A stretch of 64,000 bases of DNA from an uncultured Chloroflexia bacterium (GTDB lineage: Bacteria; Chloroflexota; Limnocylindria; Limnocylindrales; CSP1-4). Shown one piece after another: positions 61,280 through 64,000 of the stretch. Position 1 is the first letter of the stretch; every line of letters begins with the position of its first letter. Where the stretch lies: contig CAWHYQ010000001.1 in assembly GCA_963833705.1 (NCBI GenBank), positions 635,656 through 699,655 on the forward strand, read 5' to 3'. Under the pieces are notes generated by a model that had not been told where the DNA came from, made no database searches, and saw only the letters and a program-made list of their open reading frames with translations. The position numbers and the translations under genes were made by a program.

Positions 61280-62161
61280 GCATCCTCGTCGGGCCCGACA
61301 CACGGCTCGTCGTCCAGGGCGTCACCGGTCGGGAGGGTGAGTTCCACAGCCGGGCGATGGCCGCCTACGGGACATCGATCGTGGCCGGCGTCACGCCCGG
61401 CAAGGGCGGTCAGACGGCGCTGGATGGCGCCGTGCCGGTGTACGACACCGTGGCCGAGGCGGTCCGCCAGACCGGCGCGAACACGTCCTGCATCTTCGTC
61501 CCGGCCGGGGGCGCGCCGGATGCCGTCCTGGAGGCGACCGCCGCCGGGATCGCCACGATCTTCTGCATCACCGAGGGGATCCCGGCCCTCGACATGGTCC
61601 CGGTCGTGGAGATGGTCCGTCGAGCCGGGGCGACGCTGATCGGCCCGAACTGCCCGGGCGCTCACCTCGCCGGGCTCGGCCAAGGTCGGGATCATCCCGG
61701 GATCGATCCACCGTGAGGGTCGCGTCGGGGTCGTCAGCCGCTCGGGCACGCTCACCTACGAGGCGGTCCAGGCGATGACCGACGCCGGGGTCGGCCAGTC
61801 GACGTGCGTCGGGATCGGCGGCGACCCGATCATCGGGACGGCGTTCCTCGACATCCTCAAGCGGTTCGCGGCCGACGAGGCGACCGAGGCGATCGTGCTC
61901 ATCGGCGAGATCGGTGGAGCGGCCGAGGAGACGGCCGCGGCGTGGGCCGCCGAGCACCTCGCCGACATCCCGAAGGTCGCGTTCATCGCGGGCCGCACCG
62001 CGCCCGAGGGCAAGCGGATGGGCCACGCCGGGGCGATCATCTCGGGCGGCGCCGGGACCGCGGCGTCCAAGGTGGCGGCGCTGGAGGCGGCCGGGTTCCG
62101 GGTCGCGGGCTCGCCGACCGAGCTGCCCCGCCTCCTGCGCGACGCCGGGTATCGAGGCTAG
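61276..62161 (+). pseudogene. sucD: succinate--CoA ligase subunit alpha; one extra base near 61661
   Basis: The GTG overlaps the sucC stop. The N-terminus is in ORF 61276-61716 to ...LIGPNCPG. The rest is in the frame of ORF 61775-62161. Deleting one base gives [40 protein letters not shown], and GHAGAII carries the catalytic His. Confidence 0.85.
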
Positions 62162-62170
62162 GGGGCCGGG

Positions 62171-62653
62171 ATGCAGCTCGAGGACATCCGGTTCCTGTTC
62201 GGCTTCGATCGGTGGGCGACGACGAAGATCCTCGATGCCGCGGCGGGCCTCGACGCCTCGACGTGGTCGGCGACGAATGAGGTCGACGAGCGGGGCCTTG
62301 GCGGGATCCTGGTCCACCACCTCGGCGCATCCGAACGCTGGCGACATGCGCTGACGGGCGCCACCGGTGAGCCGCCGAGACCCGAGGATGAGCCGCTGCT
62401 CGATCTCCCCTCGCTGCGGGCCGCCTGGGAACGCGAATGGGCCGGCTACGATGCCTGGATCGACCGTATGGACCCCACGTGGCTGGACCAGACCGAGGGC
62501 GGCATCAGCCTATGGCAGGCCCTCGCCCACGTCGTCAACCACGGCACGCAGCACCGGTCGGAGGCCGCTGTCCTCCTGACAAGCGCCGGCCACTCGCCTG
62601 GCGACCTCGACATGATCGATTTCGCCGAGGCGATCAAGGGCGACGTCGCATGA
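62171..62653 (+). CDS. DinB-like (DUF664/damage-inducible) family protein
   Basis: 160 aa. FGFDRWATTKILDAAAGL, ILVHHLGASERW and HVVNHGTQHRSE match the His triad pattern. Confidence 0.75.
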   Translation: MQLEDIRFLFGFDRWATTKILDAAAGLDASTWSATNEVDERGLGGILVHHLGASERWRHALTGATGEPPRPEDEPLLDLPSLRAAWEREWAGYDAWIDRMDPTWLDQTEGGISLWQALAHVVNHGTQHRSEAAVLLTSAGHSPGDLDMIDFAEAIKGDVA

Positions 62654-63123
62654 GCCGGCTGATGGACCTGGTGGCCGGCGACGCGCCGGACATCCTCGTC
62701 GTCATCAGCCTCGACGACCTGGCCGCATTCGACGATCGGAGACGGTTCCCGGCCCACCTCGCGCTCGGGAGCGGGCTCGACCCGACCTGGCTGGACCTGT
62801 TCGCGGAGGCCGCCCGAACGGTCACCGGTGGTGACGGGCCGTCGGACTTCATCGACGCGCGGCTGGAGCTCGACGGGCGCGGTGAGGATGACGATCGCAC
62901 CGTGGAGCGCGTCGACCCGACCTGGATCGGCACCGTCGCCCGCATCCCGGAGAGCGATCTTGCGGCCATCGCGGGCCGCTGGATCGAACTCGTGGAGGAC
63001 GAACTCGGCGATCTCCCGTCCGAGGAGAAGCCGTGGATCCGCGACCTCGCCGGACGGCTGGTGGCGTTCTGCCGCGTGGCCGACCGGGCGCCGGACGTGC
63101 TGTTCGCGTGGTCCATCCGATGA
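62650..63123 (+). CDS. hypothetical acidic protein (157 aa)
   Basis: It has ATGA overlaps at both ends, with the DinB-like gene and the methyltransferase. The composition is protein-like, and I recognise no family. Confidence 0.55.
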   Translation: MSRLMDLVAGDAPDILVVISLDDLAAFDDRRRFPAHLALGSGLDPTWLDLFAEAARTVTGGDGPSDFIDARLELDGRGEDDDRTVERVDPTWIGTVARIPESDLAAIAGRWIELVEDELGDLPSEEKPWIRDLAGRLVAFCRVADRAPDVLFAWSIR

Positions 63124-63953
63124 CCGTCGACCGCGAGGCGTCCTTCGCCGCGAACCAGTCGCTGTGGGACGTCTGGACGAGGATCCACGCCGCCGGTGAC
63201 TTCTACGACCTCGAGGGCTTCAAGGCCGGTGGCGTGCGGATCCGGCCCTACGAGATCGATCTCGTCGGCGACGTCACCGGCAAGTCCCTCCTGCACCTCC
63301 AGTGCCATTTCGGGATCGACACGCTGTCCTGGGCGCGGCTTGGCGCGCGCGTCACGGGCGCCGACATCTCCCCCGCCGCGGTCGAGCTCGCCTCGTCGCT
63401 GGCCGTCGAGCTCGGGTTCCCGGAGGCCCGGTTCGTGCAGTCCAACCTGTACGACCTGCCCGACGCGCTCCAGGGCGAGTTCGATGTCGTGTACACCTCG
63501 CGCGGGGCGCTCGGCTGGCTGCCCGATATCCGGGCCTGGGCCCGCGTGGTGGCCCATTTCGTGGCGCCCGGCGGTGTGTTCTTCATCACCGAGGCCCATC
63601 CGGTCGTCAACAGCTTCGAGAACGAAGGCGTCGATCCGGGCGAGCTGCGCCTCGCCTACCCGTACTGGGAGCACGCCCAGCCGCTGATCTTCCCGGCGGT
63701 CGGATCCTATGCGGACCCCGATGCCGATGTCGGCGACGAGAACGAGCACTCCTGGGACCACGGCCTCGGCGAGATCGTCACGGCGCTCATCGATGCGGGG
63801 CTGCAGATCGAAACGCTTATCGAACACCCGTTCCTGGGGTGGAAGGTCGACTTCCTCGTCGAGGGACCGAACGGCGACTTCTACCTCCCGCCTGAGACGC
63901 CCGGCGAGTTGCCGCTGATGTTCTCGCTCCGAGCCCGGAAGCCGGTCCGCTGA
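63120..63953 (+). CDS. class I SAM-dependent methyltransferase
   Basis: Motif I LLHLQCHFGIDTLSWARLGARVTGADIS and a post-I acidic residue are present. 277 aa, with an ATGA overlap with the upstream gene. Confidence 0.8.
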   Translation: MTVDREASFAANQSLWDVWTRIHAAGDFYDLEGFKAGGVRIRPYEIDLVGDVTGKSLLHLQCHFGIDTLSWARLGARVTGADISPAAVELASSLAVELGFPEARFVQSNLYDLPDALQGEFDVVYTSRGALGWLPDIRAWARVVAHFVAPGGVFFITEAHPVVNSFENEGVDPGELRLAYPYWEHAQPLIFPAVGSYADPDADVGDENEHSWDHGLGEIVTALIDAGLQIETLIEHPFLGWKVDFLVEGPNGDFYLPPETPGELPLMFSLRARKPVR

Positions 63954-64000
63954 TCCTCAGCTGAGCCCGAGCGAGTGCCAGGACGGGCCGCCGGGTGCTT

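Noticed and set aside
59939-61303. The N-terminal 450 aa of track ORF 59381-61303 (minus strand), and ORF 60787-61755 (minus strand).
   Set aside because: They are antisense to sucC/sucD. Only the last 185 codons (the ECF sigma factor) show real protein features.
63957-64000. Possible 3' end of a convergent minus-strand gene (TCA at 63957).
   Set aside because: Only about 14 codons are visible, which is too short to support any call.

Overview
This is a gene-dense, very GC-rich (about 70% by eye, not computed) chromosomal core segment. I saw no transposase, integrase, phage genes or CRISPR array. Operons are tightly packed, and many neighbouring genes share ATGA/GTGA stop-start overlaps, which I used to choose start codons.

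Gene order:
- 1-14.5 kb: two paralogous peptide-type (Opp/Dpp-like) ABC importers arranged tail-to-tail.
- 14.7-19.7 kb, minus strand: a NUDIX-gcvT-gcvH-gcvPA-gcvPB glycine-cleavage operon.
- 20-23.8 kb: a DUF2520-type oxidoreductase and aconitase.
- 24-32.7 kb, the only accessory-looking stretch: a CASTOR/POLLUX-like channel, a K+ channel, a large SAM methyltransferase, an orphan Hcp (T6SS tube-protein homolog), a TetR regulator, an ABC-2 exporter and a DinB protein.
- 32.8-50.7 kb, minus strand: tRNA-Val, then a complete division/cell-wall (dcw) cluster, mraZ-rsmH-smallORF-ftsL-ftsI-murF-mraY-murD-ftsW-murG-murB-ddl-ftsQ-sbp-ftsA-ftsZ-yggS-DUF167.
- 50.8-52.2 kb: a LysM protein and a small Cys-containing ORF.
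- 52.2-64 kb: RNase P RNA, a META-domain protein, rnhA, sdhCAB, icd, an ECF sigma factor with a beta-propeller partner, sucCD, and a DinB-hypothetical-methyltransferase trio.

Split GcvP, ftsA plus sbp(DUF1290) in the dcw cluster, and an Sdh1-type membrane anchor suggest a deep high-GC monoderm-like lineage (Chloroflexota or deep Actinomycetota). That is only a guess.

The most striking property is technical or biological damage. At least 11 genes can be read only by changing frame at single-base indels, and almost all of these behave as +1 insertions. About 23 frame changes fall inside the TetR-linked ABC exporter. Essential genes (ftsZ, mraY, murF) are also hit, so a consensus or assembly error is the leading explanation.

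I could not identify a clearly new multi-gene system. The best candidates for follow-up are the TetR-operator-controlled orphan Hcp, the small conserved-looking ORF inside the dcw cluster, the ECF sigma/PD40 pair and the DinB-coupled trio.

All coordinates come from hand translation. Starts and frameshift positions may be off by a few nucleotides.
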